Shown piece after piece: positions 1-9,397 of a DNA stretch of 64,000 nucleotides. Source of the stretch: Treponema sp. (GTDB lineage Bacteria > Spirochaetota > Spirochaetia > Treponematales > Treponemataceae); NCBI GenBank assembly GCA_045643225.1, contig JAZUKJ010000119.1:31927-95926 (forward strand), written 5' to 3'. Numbering within the stretch: position 1 is the stretch's first letter; the number at the start of each line of letters is the position of its first letter. The notes beneath the pieces are model-generated. The model did no database searches, had not been told where the DNA came from, and was given only the letters and a program-made list of their open reading frames with translations. A program made the translations under genes and the position numbers.

Positions 1-78
1 AAGGCTCGCGTAAGCGCTTCTAACGCACGTGTAAACGCTGCTGCAAAGGCAGAAAAGCCAGCTGAAGAAACTAAATAA
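1..78 (+). CDS. 3' end of a highly expressed gene, possibly ribosomal protein L19 (partial)
   Basis: Frame 1 reads KARVSASNARVNAAAKAEKPAEETK*, with ribosomal-protein-like codon usage and a terminator after it. The rplS guess rests only on remembered treponemal gene order. Confidence 0.4.
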   Translation, partial: KARVSASNARVNAAAKAEKPAEETK

Positions 79-100
79 TAAGTCCTGATTGGATTTATAT

Positions 101-130
101 AAGGCAATCCTTTTTGGGTTGCCTTTTTTT
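101..130 (+). terminator. Rho-independent terminator
   Basis: AAGGCAATCC-ttttt-GGGTTGCCTT followed by a T-run. Confidence 0.8.
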
Positions 131-153
131 GTATAAAAATCTGGTGGTGTGTC

Positions 154-1185
154 ATGCAGAGTTCTAATGCGGTTCAAATTGTTCCTGTACAAAACGTTCT
201 TCCGGTGGGGCAGGGCCCCCTGACACCGGGCTCATCGCTTTTTGTCCGGGTGATAAACGTCAACGGCGATGGTTCCTATCTTGTGAGTGCCGGCGGAAAC
301 AGGATGAATGTCCATAGTCAAAATCCTTTGAGCGTTGGCCAGACCTTTGTTGTGCTTGTAGGCACAAACGACGCCGGGGATGTTGTTTTTGAACCTGCAG
401 TGGAAAAGTCGGTACCGCAGAGCCGTTCCCCTGATTCCCTCCAGTCCTTCCTGTACAGCAACGGTATTGAAGCCGGGGACAGTGCCTTCAGGGTGCTCCA
501 GTTCATGGTGCAGACGGGACTAAAGATTGACAGGTCGTTGATGGAAAAATCCCTGGTGCTTGGAAGGAAGTTCAAGGGAAAGGAAAAGCTTGCGTCCGAG
601 GCTACGGCGATTCTTCTGCAAAAAGGGATATCTCCGACGGATGAAAATATTCTGGCCCTGATGTCCTATTCCGTTGGGGAATACGGGGGGGACAGACAGC
701 GGAAGGGGCGGGATGAAAACGGCGGGCAATCCCAAAATTTTATTGACAGCCTTTATCCGGCCGGAACTGGAAAGGGGACAGGCCTTTTGACATACATGAA
801 CCATGTGGCAAATGGAAACAGGCATTGGGTCTTTCTTCCTTACGAGTGGACGGTGGGAAACGAAAACGCCCGTGGCTGCATCAGGATTTTGATAAACCTG
901 GATACAAAGGAATCCGAAAAAATCCTTCTTAATTGTGAATTAAACTCGACAAAATATTATTTTGTGTTATACTGTACGAAAAGCAAAGGGAAGGAAGTTC
1001 GGTTCTTTACATTACCGCCGCTTTTGCCTTCAAAGATTAGGACTGAAGAACTGCGGCTTGGAGGATTCCTGTGCTCCGGCATGAGCCTTGGAGAACCTGT
1101 GACTGTAACCTATTCCGACTCTGCTTGCTCCGATGGACTGTGTACTGTCGATGAATCTCCATCAATGATAGAGACCCAGGCCTGA
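154..1185 (+). CDS. Hypothetical protein, FliK (hook-length control)-like
   Basis: 343-aa ORF directly upstream of a FlhB C-terminal-domain gene, a common pairing. Sequence similarity is weak. Confidence 0.45.
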   Translation: MQSSNAVQIVPVQNVLPVGQGPLTPGSSLFVRVINVNGDGSYLVSAGGNRMNVHSQNPLSVGQTFVVLVGTNDAGDVVFEPAVEKSVPQSRSPDSLQSFLYSNGIEAGDSAFRVLQFMVQTGLKIDRSLMEKSLVLGRKFKGKEKLASEATAILLQKGISPTDENILALMSYSVGEYGGDRQRKGRDENGGQSQNFIDSLYPAGTGKGTGLLTYMNHVANGNRHWVFLPYEWTVGNENARGCIRILINLDTKESEKILLNCELNSTKYYFVLYCTKSKGKEVRFFTLPPLLPSKIRTEELRLGGFLCSGMSLGEPVTVTYSDSACSDGLCTVDESPSMIETQA

Positions 1186-1251
1186 AAGTTTTCTGCCTTG
1201 TTCTGGCGGATATTTTTTGGTTCGGAGCGATTTGATTTATTCAGAAAGTGT

Positions 1252-1515
1252 ATGACCGAATTACGAAAATTGTCAGCGGTGGCCTTGAAATATCCGGAAA
1301 GTGCCGAAGCTCCAATGATTGCCGCAAAAGAAAAAGGATTTCTTGCCAGCCGGATGATTGAAATAGCAAAAGATAATGACATTCCAATCGTGGAGGACGA
1401 TGTCCTTGAAAATGTACTGTCCATTCAGGATGTGGGGCAATGTATCCCTGAGTCCACCTGGGAAGTTGTGGCTGGCATTTTTGCTTACTTGAAGAGTTTT
1501 TCTAAAAAAATCTAG
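1252..1515 (+). CDS. Stand-alone FlhB C-terminal (EscU/YscU/HrcU) domain protein
   Basis: AVALKY...AP.IAAKEKGFLASRMIEIAKDNDIPIVED...IPESTWEVVAGIFAYL pattern; ATG at 1252 preferred over the ORF-track start. Confidence 0.8.
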   Translation: MTELRKLSAVALKYPESAEAPMIAAKEKGFLASRMIEIAKDNDIPIVEDDVLENVLSIQDVGQCIPESTWEVVAGIFAYLKSFSKKI

Positions 1516-1616
1516 GGCCTGTGTCCTGTGTAATTGAGCCACGGGCTTGGTTGCTATGGTTATATCCTGGATAAGGTCATTGTCATATTACAAAATTGTT
1601 ATGGGGGAGTCCATTT

Positions 1617-1907
1617 ATGCCATTGAATAGGATTAGTTGCAGTGAAATAACCGAAGGAGTCAGTTTTTCCGCCCCGGTTTTTTTCGAGGATGCCGTGAAC
1701 ATGTTCCTTGCTGCCAACCGGCCCGTCAAGCACTATCACTTGAGCGCCATTGAGCGTTGGAAAATACAGTTCCTCCTGACCGCTGGACACAAAAATCAGT
1801 CTGTTCCGGCCGAAAGTGAAAGTTCAGAGTTCGGGGAAATCGAGGAACTGGACGAAATCGAAGAGCTTGACGAAATTGAGGAGCTGGGGGACGTCGAGGA
1901 AATATAG
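1617..1907 (+). CDS. Small conserved hypothetical protein with acidic repeat tail
   Basis: MPLNRISCSEI...FSAPVFFED..MFL; C-terminal EELDEI repeats. Confidence 0.6.
   Translation: MPLNRISCSEITEGVSFSAPVFFEDAVNMFLAANRPVKHYHLSAIERWKIQFLLTAGHKNQSVPAESESSEFGEIEELDEIEELDEIEELGDVEEI
1830..1904 (+). repeat. Degenerate 18-bp coding tandem repeat (E-I-E-E-L-D)x~4
   Basis: gaaatcgaggaactggac gaaatcgaagagcttgac gaaattgaggagctgggg gacgtcgaggaaata. Confidence 0.85.
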
Positions 1908-1924
1908 GCGCTGCGGATACGACA

Positions 1925-2299
1925 TTGGAAAAAACAAAAAGGCAGACAGTTTCTATCGGGAAAAATGGCGAGGACCGTGCCACTGAATATCTGCTCAATA
2001 ATGGATATGAGATACTGGACCGGAATTACAGGATGGGCAGGTACGGTGAAATAGATATTGTGGCCAGCCAAAAGGATACCCTTGTGTTTGTGGAAGTCAA
2101 GACTCTCCCTCATGGTGATATAGAGATGCTTGCCCATGAACTAAATCTTCGTAAACAACAAAAGATAATCAAAACAGCTAAATTTTACATCGAAAATCAT
2201 CGACAATATAAATGCAAGGCAATCAGGTTTGATGTTCTTGCAATTGATGTTCCGGGACTGGAGCCGGTGCACCACATTGTAAACGCTTTTTCGGAGTAA
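1925..2299 (+). CDS. yraN: YraN family endonuclease-like protein
   Basis: GKNGEDRA..YL...GY.ILDRNYR...GEIDIVA......VFVEVKT...RFDV motifs; TTG start. Confidence 0.9.
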   Translation: MEKTKRQTVSIGKNGEDRATEYLLNNGYEILDRNYRMGRYGEIDIVASQKDTLVFVEVKTLPHGDIEMLAHELNLRKQQKIIKTAKFYIENHRQYKCKAIRFDVLAIDVPGLEPVHHIVNAFSE

Positions 2300-2306
2300 A
2301 TACAGT

Positions 2307-2489
2307 ATGCCGGTTTCAAAGAACCATTCAGCAAAACAAAAGAACAACGCATTACGCATCAAAGAGCTGCAGCAGAAAATCCAGGATGAAAACTACATTA
2401 ACTTTGCGGTCGAAAGGATTGCGCTGGTCGTCAGCAGACAGATTGTTGAGAAACGCAATTCCCTTCATGCACCGGAAAAAACTTATTGA
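2307..2489 (+). CDS. Small hypothetical protein resembling the FlgM C-terminal domain
   Basis: 60 aa; RIKELQQKIQDENY...VERIA pattern. Confidence 0.45.
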   Translation: MPVSKNHSAKQKNNALRIKELQQKIQDENYINFAVERIALVVSRQIVEKRNSLHAPEKTY

Positions 2490-2554
2490 ATCTCTTTTAC
2501 CGTCAGTCAGCGCGTGTACTAGAAATATTCTCTTCATTGGGTTATTATTGAGGA

Positions 2555-3040
2555 ATGAGTAGAGATAGAGATAGACGGCAAAAAAGGCATTCCAATTTTG
2601 GAAACAACGGCCACCGTCACGAAGAGAACAATCCAAGAGAAATAAAGGACAGGAAAACAAAGTTCAGGTCATCGCTTTCAGTTAGTTCGGATCAGATTCA
2701 TCTGGAAGATGAGGCCATCAGGAATTTTAAAAACAAAAATCAGCCGGTATGTCCTAGGTGTTCCCGGCCAATAAACGATTTGTCTTCCGCAGTAATGGAA
2801 AGGGGTGGGACGACTCCTATTCATTTTGAGTGTGCAATGGAGCAGCTGGCCGCGGAGGAAGAGCTTGGGGAAGGCGACAAGATTGCCTACATCGGTCAGG
2901 GACGTTTTGGGGTCCTCAACTATCCAAACATCAGGGACGTACGTCATTTCACTATAAAGAAGATCATCGACTGGGAGGACCGCAATGTCCGTGGAGAATG
3001 GCGTGACGAAATGGCGGAACTCTTTTCCAAGATTAAATAA
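2555..3040 (+). CDS. Conserved hypothetical protein with putative Zn site
   Basis: CPRC...HFEC; Arg-rich N-terminus; GAGG before the ATG. Confidence 0.65.
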   Translation: MSRDRDRRQKRHSNFGNNGHRHEENNPREIKDRKTKFRSSLSVSSDQIHLEDEAIRNFKNKNQPVCPRCSRPINDLSSAVMERGGTTPIHFECAMEQLAAEEELGEGDKIAYIGQGRFGVLNYPNIRDVRHFTIKKIIDWEDRNVRGEWRDEMAELFSKIK

Positions 3041-3125
3041 AAAATTGTCGCTTGCACCTGCGTGAGGGCACGGAGGCTCTGCGTCTGGGGCCGTTATTTA
3101 GTTCCGTTGAACAATAAAAATGGTC

Positions 3126-3154
3126 TTGAAAAATAAATATACTTGTTGTATAAT
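3126..3154 (+). promoter_or_regulatory. sigma70 promoter of tRNA-Leu
   Basis: TTGAAA (3126-3131), 17 nt, TATAAT (3149-3154). Confidence 0.8.
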
Positions 3155-3166
3155 GATTCTACTTTT

Positions 3167-3252
3167 GCCGGGATGGTGGAATTGGTAGACACAAGGGACT
3201 TAAAATCCCTCGGATGGTAACATCCGTGCCAGTTCAAGTCTGGTTCCCGGCA
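3167..3252 (+). tRNA. trnL: tRNA-Leu (anticodon TAA)
   Basis: GCCGGGA acceptor stem pairing with TCCCGGC; D-loop GGTAG; anticodon arm AGGGA-CT-TAA-AA-TCCCT; long variable arm; T-loop GTTCAAG; CCA not encoded. Confidence 0.97.
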
Positions 3253-3254
3253 TG

Positions 3255-3284
3255 GCCGCTTCAGTAATGGGGCGGTTTTTTTTT
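3255..3284 (+). terminator. Rho-independent terminator after the tRNA
   Basis: GCCGCTTC-agtaat-GGGGCGGT plus T-run. Confidence 0.85.
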
Positions 3285-3370
3285 ATCCAGGCCGGCGGCG
3301 GTGGGCATTCGTTGTCAATTTAAATCCCATGCCTTGAATTGAATGGATATTTTAAGTATTTTCTATAGGT

Positions 3371-4276
3371 ATGCGTTTGAAAAGAATTTTTAGGGTTTTG
3401 ACGGTTCCTGTTTTGATTTCCCTTCTGCTTATGACTGTTTCGACTGCCTGCTCCAGACAAAAGGATGGTGACCAGGATAATGATTCGGTGGAGATATTGG
3501 CCACCTTCTATCCAATCTATGTCATGCTGATGAACATAACGGAAAACATTCCCGGTGTTTCGGTTTCAATGCTGGCCCCGGCCGATACGGGATGTCTGCA
3601 TGACTATCAGTTGACGACAAAAGACATGAGGGCCATCGAAAGCTGTGACATCCTGGTGGTGAACGGCGCGGGAATGGAAGATTTCTTTGACAAGGCCCTT
3701 TCCCTTAAATCCGGAAGCACGGTAATTGCTGGAGAAGGATTCAAGATTGTTGATGGCAATCCCCACATATGGGTCAGCCTGGACGGAGCCATGTACCAGG
3801 TGGCCGAGATTGCCGCGGGTCTTTCGAAGCTTGATCCCCGGCACTCGGATGGATATATGGAGAACGCCGCAAACTATGTCGGACGGCTTGTCGAACTTTC
3901 CGTGGAAATGCATTCCAGGCTTGACCGTTACCGGGGAAACCGGATTGTCACGTTCCATGAGGCCTTCCCATATTTTGCAAGCGAATTTGGTTTGGAACTG
4001 GCGGCGGTTATAGAACGGGAACCAGGGACCGATCCTTCCGCAAAAGAATTGCGGCATCTGGTGGATATGGTAAAGGGAATGGATGCTGACGGGAAGACGG
4101 TGTCGCTATTTGCTGAGCCGCAGTATTCATCCTCCGCCGCTGAAATTATAGCCATGGAGACGGGACGGCAGGTTTGGGAACTTGACCCATGCGTGACGGG
4201 AAACCTGGAGAAGGGAGCCTACATACAGGCCATGAAAAAAAATATGGAAATTCTGCTTGAGGCTTTCAAGGAATAG
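3371..4276 (+). CDS. znuA: Zn/Mn ABC transporter substrate-binding lipoprotein (ZnuA/TroA family)
   Basis: Lipobox TAC; GCLHDYQLT, NPHIWVS, TFHEAFPYFA and LDP metal-binding motifs. Confidence 0.9.
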   Translation: MRLKRIFRVLTVPVLISLLLMTVSTACSRQKDGDQDNDSVEILATFYPIYVMLMNITENIPGVSVSMLAPADTGCLHDYQLTTKDMRAIESCDILVVNGAGMEDFFDKALSLKSGSTVIAGEGFKIVDGNPHIWVSLDGAMYQVAEIAAGLSKLDPRHSDGYMENAANYVGRLVELSVEMHSRLDRYRGNRIVTFHEAFPYFASEFGLELAAVIEREPGTDPSAKELRHLVDMVKGMDADGKTVSLFAEPQYSSSAAEIIAMETGRQVWELDPCVTGNLEKGAYIQAMKKNMEILLEAFKE

Positions 4277-4399
4277 TGGACGTGCCTAAGATTTTCATTT
4301 TCGGGGGGTCCAAAAGATGAATGTTTCCGTTTTTTCTGCATCAATCTTGCATCCTGGTGCAGGACGGAAACGTATGACCGCGCTTTTTTAGAGGGATAT

Positions 4400-5227
4400 A
4401 TGATTTGTAATTTAGGGTCGGAGCATGTTTGCTGTACCAAAATCGAGCACCTGGGGGTAAAGGTCGGGAGCGAAGTGATTCTGTCCGACGTGAACCTTCA
4501 TCTTCACTGTGGGGAATTGACGGCCGTTGTCGGACGGAACGGTGCAGGAAAGTCTACTTTCATGAAGGCGCTCCTTAATTCGATACCGCATTCGGGTAAC
4601 GTAATCTTCGAGGGGGAACGCTGTACCTCCGGCTGCTCCAAGACGCACAATCCTGAGCATGCCAAATACTGTTCTCAACACAAGGTTGAACGTTATGTCA
4701 CCACCAAGCCACGTTTTGGCTATGTGCCTCAATCCCTTGCCGTGGAGCCGGGAAGCCCCATAAGCGTGGAGGATCTGGTCTTGGCCTGTTCCGGAAGGCG
4801 GCCTGTCTGGCTTCCTCATAGGGCAAAGGATAAGGCCATGGTCCAGGAGATTCTTGAAACCACCGGCGCCGGTAATCTGATTTCAAGACGCGTCGGTGAT
4901 TTGTCCGGCGGGGAACTGCAGCGGGTGATGCTTGCCCTTGCCATCAATCCCATTCCGGATATCCTGCTTCTGGATGAACCGGTCAGCGGTGTGGACAGGG
5001 TTGGACTGAAATCGTTTTACGATCTGGTTTCTTCTTTGCGGCACAGTTACGATGTGACCATCCTTCTTGTCAGTCATGACCTTGACCTGGTGGCCCAGCA
5101 TGCCGACCGCGTGCTCTTTATTGACAGGGGATGCACCTATTCGGGAACCGTCGATGAAATCTACGGGCGCAAGGAATTTGTGGATGTGTTCGGGCATATC
5201 CTTGTGGAAAAGGGGAATCTAAAATGA
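4400..5227 (+). CDS. znuC: Zn/Mn ABC transporter ATP-binding protein
   Basis: Walker A GRNGAGKS; LSGGELQR; ILLLDEP; SHD. Confidence 0.9.
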   Translation: MICNLGSEHVCCTKIEHLGVKVGSEVILSDVNLHLHCGELTAVVGRNGAGKSTFMKALLNSIPHSGNVIFEGERCTSGCSKTHNPEHAKYCSQHKVERYVTTKPRFGYVPQSLAVEPGSPISVEDLVLACSGRRPVWLPHRAKDKAMVQEILETTGAGNLISRRVGDLSGGELQRVMLALAINPIPDILLLDEPVSGVDRVGLKSFYDLVSSLRHSYDVTILLVSHDLDLVAQHADRVLFIDRGCTYSGTVDEIYGRKEFVDVFGHILVEKGNLK

Positions 5228-6066
5228 ATTCGTTGTACTCTTTTATAAATACGGTCCTGCCTTTTGAATGGCTGGAACCGAACTTCATGAAAAATGCATT
5301 CCTGGCAGTGCTTGTGGCCTGTCCCCTGTTCGGGATGCTGGGAACCGTGGTCGTATCCAACAGGATGGCCTTCTTTTCGGATGCCATAGGACATTCCGCC
5401 CTGACCGGTATAGCCATCGGGGTCCTGCTTGGAATAAGGGAGCCGACCGTTTCAATGATTCTTTTCGCCCTTGTGCTTGGGTTCGCCATAATAACCGTCA
5501 AGATTAAGGGGAAGTCCTCCGCTGATACCATAATCGGTGTGTTTTCCTCAACGGCGGTGGCATTGGGCATTGTGCTTCTGAGCGCCACCGGCAATTTTTC
5601 CAGGTACCAGAAATATCTTGTGGGCGATATCCTGAGCATACGTCCCTCTGAAATCCTGATGATGCTCTGTTCCGGGGTCCTGCTGATAGTGATCTGGATA
5701 TTTTTCTATAACCGCATGCTTCTGACAAACCTTCACACTGTGTTCGCCAGGAGCCGGGGCGTGAAAACTTTTGCTGTTGAACAGATCTTCGCATTGTTGA
5801 CCGCGGCGATTGTTGCTGTCTGCATCAGATGGACCGGCCTGCTGGTTATAAATTCAATGCTGGTTCTGCCGGCCGCCGCAAGCAGGATGGTCAGCCGTTC
5901 GAGCCGTCAGTATCTTGGCATGTCGGTCCTGATTTCATTTTTAAGCGGAATAATCGGTCTGGTTCTTTCGTACTATATCGGTTCCGCCTCCGGGGCGACG
6001 ATTGTTCTGGTAAACGCCCTGTTTTTTGTAATAGGCTTTGCAGTCTCGCTTGTGCGGAAAAACTAG
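5224..6066 (+). CDS. znuB: Zn/Mn ABC transporter permease
   Basis: MAFFSDAIGHSALTG and YLVGDILSI motifs; multiple TM segments; ATGA overlap with the ATPase gene. Confidence 0.9.
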   Translation: MNSLYSFINTVLPFEWLEPNFMKNAFLAVLVACPLFGMLGTVVVSNRMAFFSDAIGHSALTGIAIGVLLGIREPTVSMILFALVLGFAIITVKIKGKSSADTIIGVFSSTAVALGIVLLSATGNFSRYQKYLVGDILSIRPSEILMMLCSGVLLIVIWIFFYNRMLLTNLHTVFARSRGVKTFAVEQIFALLTAAIVAVCIRWTGLLVINSMLVLPAAASRMVSRSSRQYLGMSVLISFLSGIIGLVLSYYIGSASGATIVLVNALFFVIGFAVSLVRKN

Positions 6067-6074
6067 AGGTAAAG

Positions 6075-6740
6075 ATGGTGGATAGGAAAATAGATGCTGT
6101 AATTTTTGATCTAGATGGAACCCTTCTGGATACTATAGATGACCTGGCTGACAGCTGCAACATGGCGCTGCGGGAAAATGGATTGAAGGAGCACTCCAGG
6201 GATGAGATACAGTCCTTTGTGGGAAACGGAATAGGTGTCCTTATGGAAAAGGCTGTCCCAGGCGGAAAAGAGAATCCTTTGTTCGCCAATGTGCTTCTGT
6301 CCATGAAAAGGGCCTACTCAATGCATTGGCGCAACAAGACAAGACCATACGATGGCGTCATGGATTTGCTGGATTCCTTGAAGAAAGGTAACGTGAAGGT
6401 TGGGATTGTTTCAAACAAACCTGACAGGCAGGTCAAGGAACTTGCGGAACTATTTTTTTCCGGATACATGGATATTGGATGCGCCTTGGGGGAGATGGAA
6501 TCCCTGGGAATAAAACGGAAACCGGCCCCCGATTCAGTGCTTCGGGTGCTGGAGATTTTGAAAACAAAAAAAGAGAATGCCATTTATGTCGGGGATTCGG
6601 ATGTTGACATATTGACCGCGAGGAATGCGGGGATGGACTGCCTCTCCGTGTGCTGGGGATTCAAGACAAAGGATTTCCTGATGGAGCATGGCGCCCGAGT
6701 CCTTGTGGATCATCCAATGGATATTCTGAAGCTGATTTAA
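6075..6740 (+). CDS. HAD family hydrolase (phosphoglycolate phosphatase-like)
   Basis: DLDGTLLDT, SNKPD, KPAPD and YVGDSDVD motifs; GAGG upstream of ATG 6075. Confidence 0.9.
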   Translation: MVDRKIDAVIFDLDGTLLDTIDDLADSCNMALRENGLKEHSRDEIQSFVGNGIGVLMEKAVPGGKENPLFANVLLSMKRAYSMHWRNKTRPYDGVMDLLDSLKKGNVKVGIVSNKPDRQVKELAELFFSGYMDIGCALGEMESLGIKRKPAPDSVLRVLEILKTKKENAIYVGDSDVDILTARNAGMDCLSVCWGFKTKDFLMEHGARVLVDHPMDILKLI

Positions 6741-6743
6741 GGT

Positions 6744-9389
6744 TTGATGATGGAAATGCAAAACGAAATGGATACCGGGGTTGTAGAAAACTCCACAGAT
6801 GATATTGCTGATCTTTACCTGCGCGGTGACGTGGCCCGTGATTTGGATTTCTACCGCATGCGGGAAAATGTTGCATCCCTGTGCGTAAGCGAGGAAGGCA
6901 GGGAGATACTTGGCCGCAGGGAATGTTCCAGCGATGTGAAATTGATTGAGCACTGGAAGACCCTTGGAAGGGAATGGAATCGCTATCAGCATTCCAACCA
7001 CGGGCAGTGCCTTTTTGGATGGCCGGCAGTAGGTCAGTTTTTTTCTTTGCTTGGAATTGATGGGGCGAATCTTACCCAGGACGAAATCTACGCCCTCGGG
7101 ATATTCTGCAACAATGCGTCCAAGGTAAAAAATGGAATAAGTTCCGCCGCGGATGATATAAATCTTCATGCCCTTCCGGAATTGGCGGACAGGATTCCGG
7201 ACATGAAGGCTCCGGGGGACAGGATATTTTCTGTAATAGATTCCTCCGGTGAACTCAGGGACCTGCCACAGCTAAGGGCTGCCCGGGCCAGAATCGTTTC
7301 TCTTCAAAAGGAAATCGAGGCCGCTATCCGCCGTTATACCTCCGATCCAAATCTTTCTGCCGCACTCCAGTCCAATGTTCCTGCCTACAGACAGGACCGT
7401 GAGCTGCTTGCCGTTCGCGCCGACCACAGGGGGGACATAAAGGGAATAGTCCACGAGGTAAGTTCGTCGGGCCAGACCATCTATATTGAGCCTGATGAAA
7501 TCGTTTACGCAAACAACTCCCTTGTCCAGGCGGAATTTGAGCTGCAGTCGGAGATAAGGAAAATTTTCCAGGAACTGACTCTTGATTTGGGCCAGTGGAA
7601 AGAGGATTTTCAGGCCGCCCATGAAATTATGATTGAGCTGGACACCTCCTATGCGGCCGCGTCGTGGCAGAACAAAATAAATGGAATCTTTTGCGAGTAC
7701 TGCGACATGGAAAAGGAACCTCCTGCCGTTGTGGGTGCCCGTCATCCGCTTCTGGGGGATAAGGCTGTTCCCATTGATGTGCGTTTCATGGACGGGAAAA
7801 AGGTTCTCATAATTACAGGACCAAATACGGGTGGAAAGACCGTTACCCTGAAAACCGTAGCCCTTTTTGCTCTTCTTAACCAGGCAGGGTTCCCCGTTCC
7901 GGCCAGTGAAGGGACCAGGCTTCCGGTTTTTTCTTCGATTTTTGCCGATATCGGGGACGAGCAGTCCATAGACGAATCCCTCAGCACCTTCTCAAGCCAC
8001 ATGAAAAAGATTGCCTCCATGCTGGAACATGCTGATTCCTCATCCCTTGTGCTTTTGGATGAGCTTGGCAGCGGTACGGACCCTCAGGAGGGAAGCGCAA
8101 TCGCTATGGCTGCCATGGATACCTTGATCGAAAGAAAATCTTTCATCCTGGTGACCACGCACCATGGGATACTGAAGAACTATGGATATACAAATCCATC
8201 CTGCGTCAACGCGTCGGTTGAATTCAGCAGCGAGACCATGAGCCCGACCTACCGCCTTATGATGGGGGTTCCCGGTGAATCTCATGCGATTGACATAGCC
8301 CTGCGTTCAGGGCTTCCTTCGTATGTCGTCAGCAAGGCCCGGTCCTATATTGCAACTGAACAGGCGGATGTCTCCGTGCTGATAAAGGGGCTAAATCAAA
8401 AGCACGTGGAGCTGGATAACCTTCAAAGGCAGGCCAAGGAGGATTTGTTCCGTGCCGAGGAAAAAGAACTTAAGCTGCATCAGCGGGAAGTGGCAATAAA
8501 GGAAAAGGAAATCAAGCTAAAGGAGATGGAACACAGCCAGAGTTCCAGATTCCTTTCCGAAACCCGGAAGCAGTTGGAAAATCTTGTGCGGTCCTTGCGG
8601 GAAGGGGAAATCACGAGAGAAAAGACTCTTGGCGTTAAAGCTTTTATCTCGGACCTGGAGGAACAGGTTGACCAGCAGGAGACCAGGATACAGGAACAGT
8701 CGGAGCTTTTGGAAAAAGAGAAGGCCCGGCTACGTAAAGAGGAAACCCTTGTTGCGGAAAACGGAATGAAGATTACTTCCGCAAGGGAACGGAGGAACGT
8801 TTCGAATAAAAAAACAAAGCGGAAACTTTCCAACACCGAGGCCCTGCGGTATGCAAGTGTCCCTGAACTTCTTCCGGTGGAGGAACAGTCCTCAAAGAAA
8901 TCCGTCATAAAGGTGGAGCATCCGGCGGAACTGCTCTTTGCACCCGGCGCCGAAGTTTATGCCGGGGCGGAACGCAGACTGGGGACCCTGGTGCAGAAAA
9001 ATAAAAATGGAACCTGGTCGGTGCTTTTTGGCTCCCTCAAGATGAACGTAAAGGAAACCCAGCTGATTCCGGCCAGCAGACCAAATATCCCTATGACCGC
9101 TTCTGTTGTAATCGAGACGGCCGGGGGAACGGACAAAGAGGATAGGCCTCATTTTGAATTGCGGCTACTGGGCATGAGACAGGAAGAGGCTATCAAGGCT
9201 CTTGAACGTCAGCTGGATTTGTGCGTCATCTATAACTTCAGGAATTTCAGCATAGTCCACGGAAAGGGGCAGGGAATCCTTCAGCAGTCGGTGCAGGATT
9301 ATCTTTCCCATTACCCTGGGGTCAAGGAATTCCATTTCGCGGCTCCGGAGGATGGTGGCTCCGGAAAGACGTATGTCAGTTTGTTTTAG
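6744..9389 (+). CDS. mutS2: Endonuclease MutS2
   Basis: ITGPNTGGKT, DIGDEQSI.ESLSTFSSHM, LLDELGSGTDP.EG; C-terminal Smr domain (IVHGKGQGIL). Confidence 0.95.
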   Translation: MMMEMQNEMDTGVVENSTDDIADLYLRGDVARDLDFYRMRENVASLCVSEEGREILGRRECSSDVKLIEHWKTLGREWNRYQHSNHGQCLFGWPAVGQFFSLLGIDGANLTQDEIYALGIFCNNASKVKNGISSAADDINLHALPELADRIPDMKAPGDRIFSVIDSSGELRDLPQLRAARARIVSLQKEIEAAIRRYTSDPNLSAALQSNVPAYRQDRELLAVRADHRGDIKGIVHEVSSSGQTIYIEPDEIVYANNSLVQAEFELQSEIRKIFQELTLDLGQWKEDFQAAHEIMIELDTSYAAASWQNKINGIFCEYCDMEKEPPAVVGARHPLLGDKAVPIDVRFMDGKKVLIITGPNTGGKTVTLKTVALFALLNQAGFPVPASEGTRLPVFSSIFADIGDEQSIDESLSTFSSHMKKIASMLEHADSSSLVLLDELGSGTDPQEGSAIAMAAMDTLIERKSFILVTTHHGILKNYGYTNPSCVNASVEFSSETMSPTYRLMMGVPGESHAIDIALRSGLPSYVVSKARSYIATEQADVSVLIKGLNQKHVELDNLQRQAKEDLFRAEEKELKLHQREVAIKEKEIKLKEMEHSQSSRFLSETRKQLENLVRSLREGEITREKTLGVKAFISDLEEQVDQQETRIQEQSELLEKEKARLRKEETLVAENGMKITSARERRNVSNKKTKRKLSNTEALRYASVPELLPVEEQSSKKSVIKVEHPAELLFAPGAEVYAGAERRLGTLVQKNKNGTWSVLFGSLKMNVKETQLIPASRPNIPMTASVVIETAGGTDKEDRPHFELRLLGMRQEEAIKALERQLDLCVIYNFRNFSIVHGKGQGILQQSVQDYLSHYPGVKEFHFAAPEDGGSGKTYVSLF

Positions 9390-9397
9390 AGGAAATT

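Noticed and set aside
685-691. G7 tract in the FliK-like gene (and G7 near 63042) as phase-variation sites
   Set aside because: Too short to support a claim; the reading frame is intact and there is no population data
3167-3252. tRNA-Leu as an integration site
   Set aside because: No duplicated tRNA 3' end (att) and no integrase seen in the window
5829-6074. N-terminal extension of the HAD ORF
   Set aside because: It overlaps znuB by over 200 nt; the HAD motif starts right after ATG 6075, which has an SD
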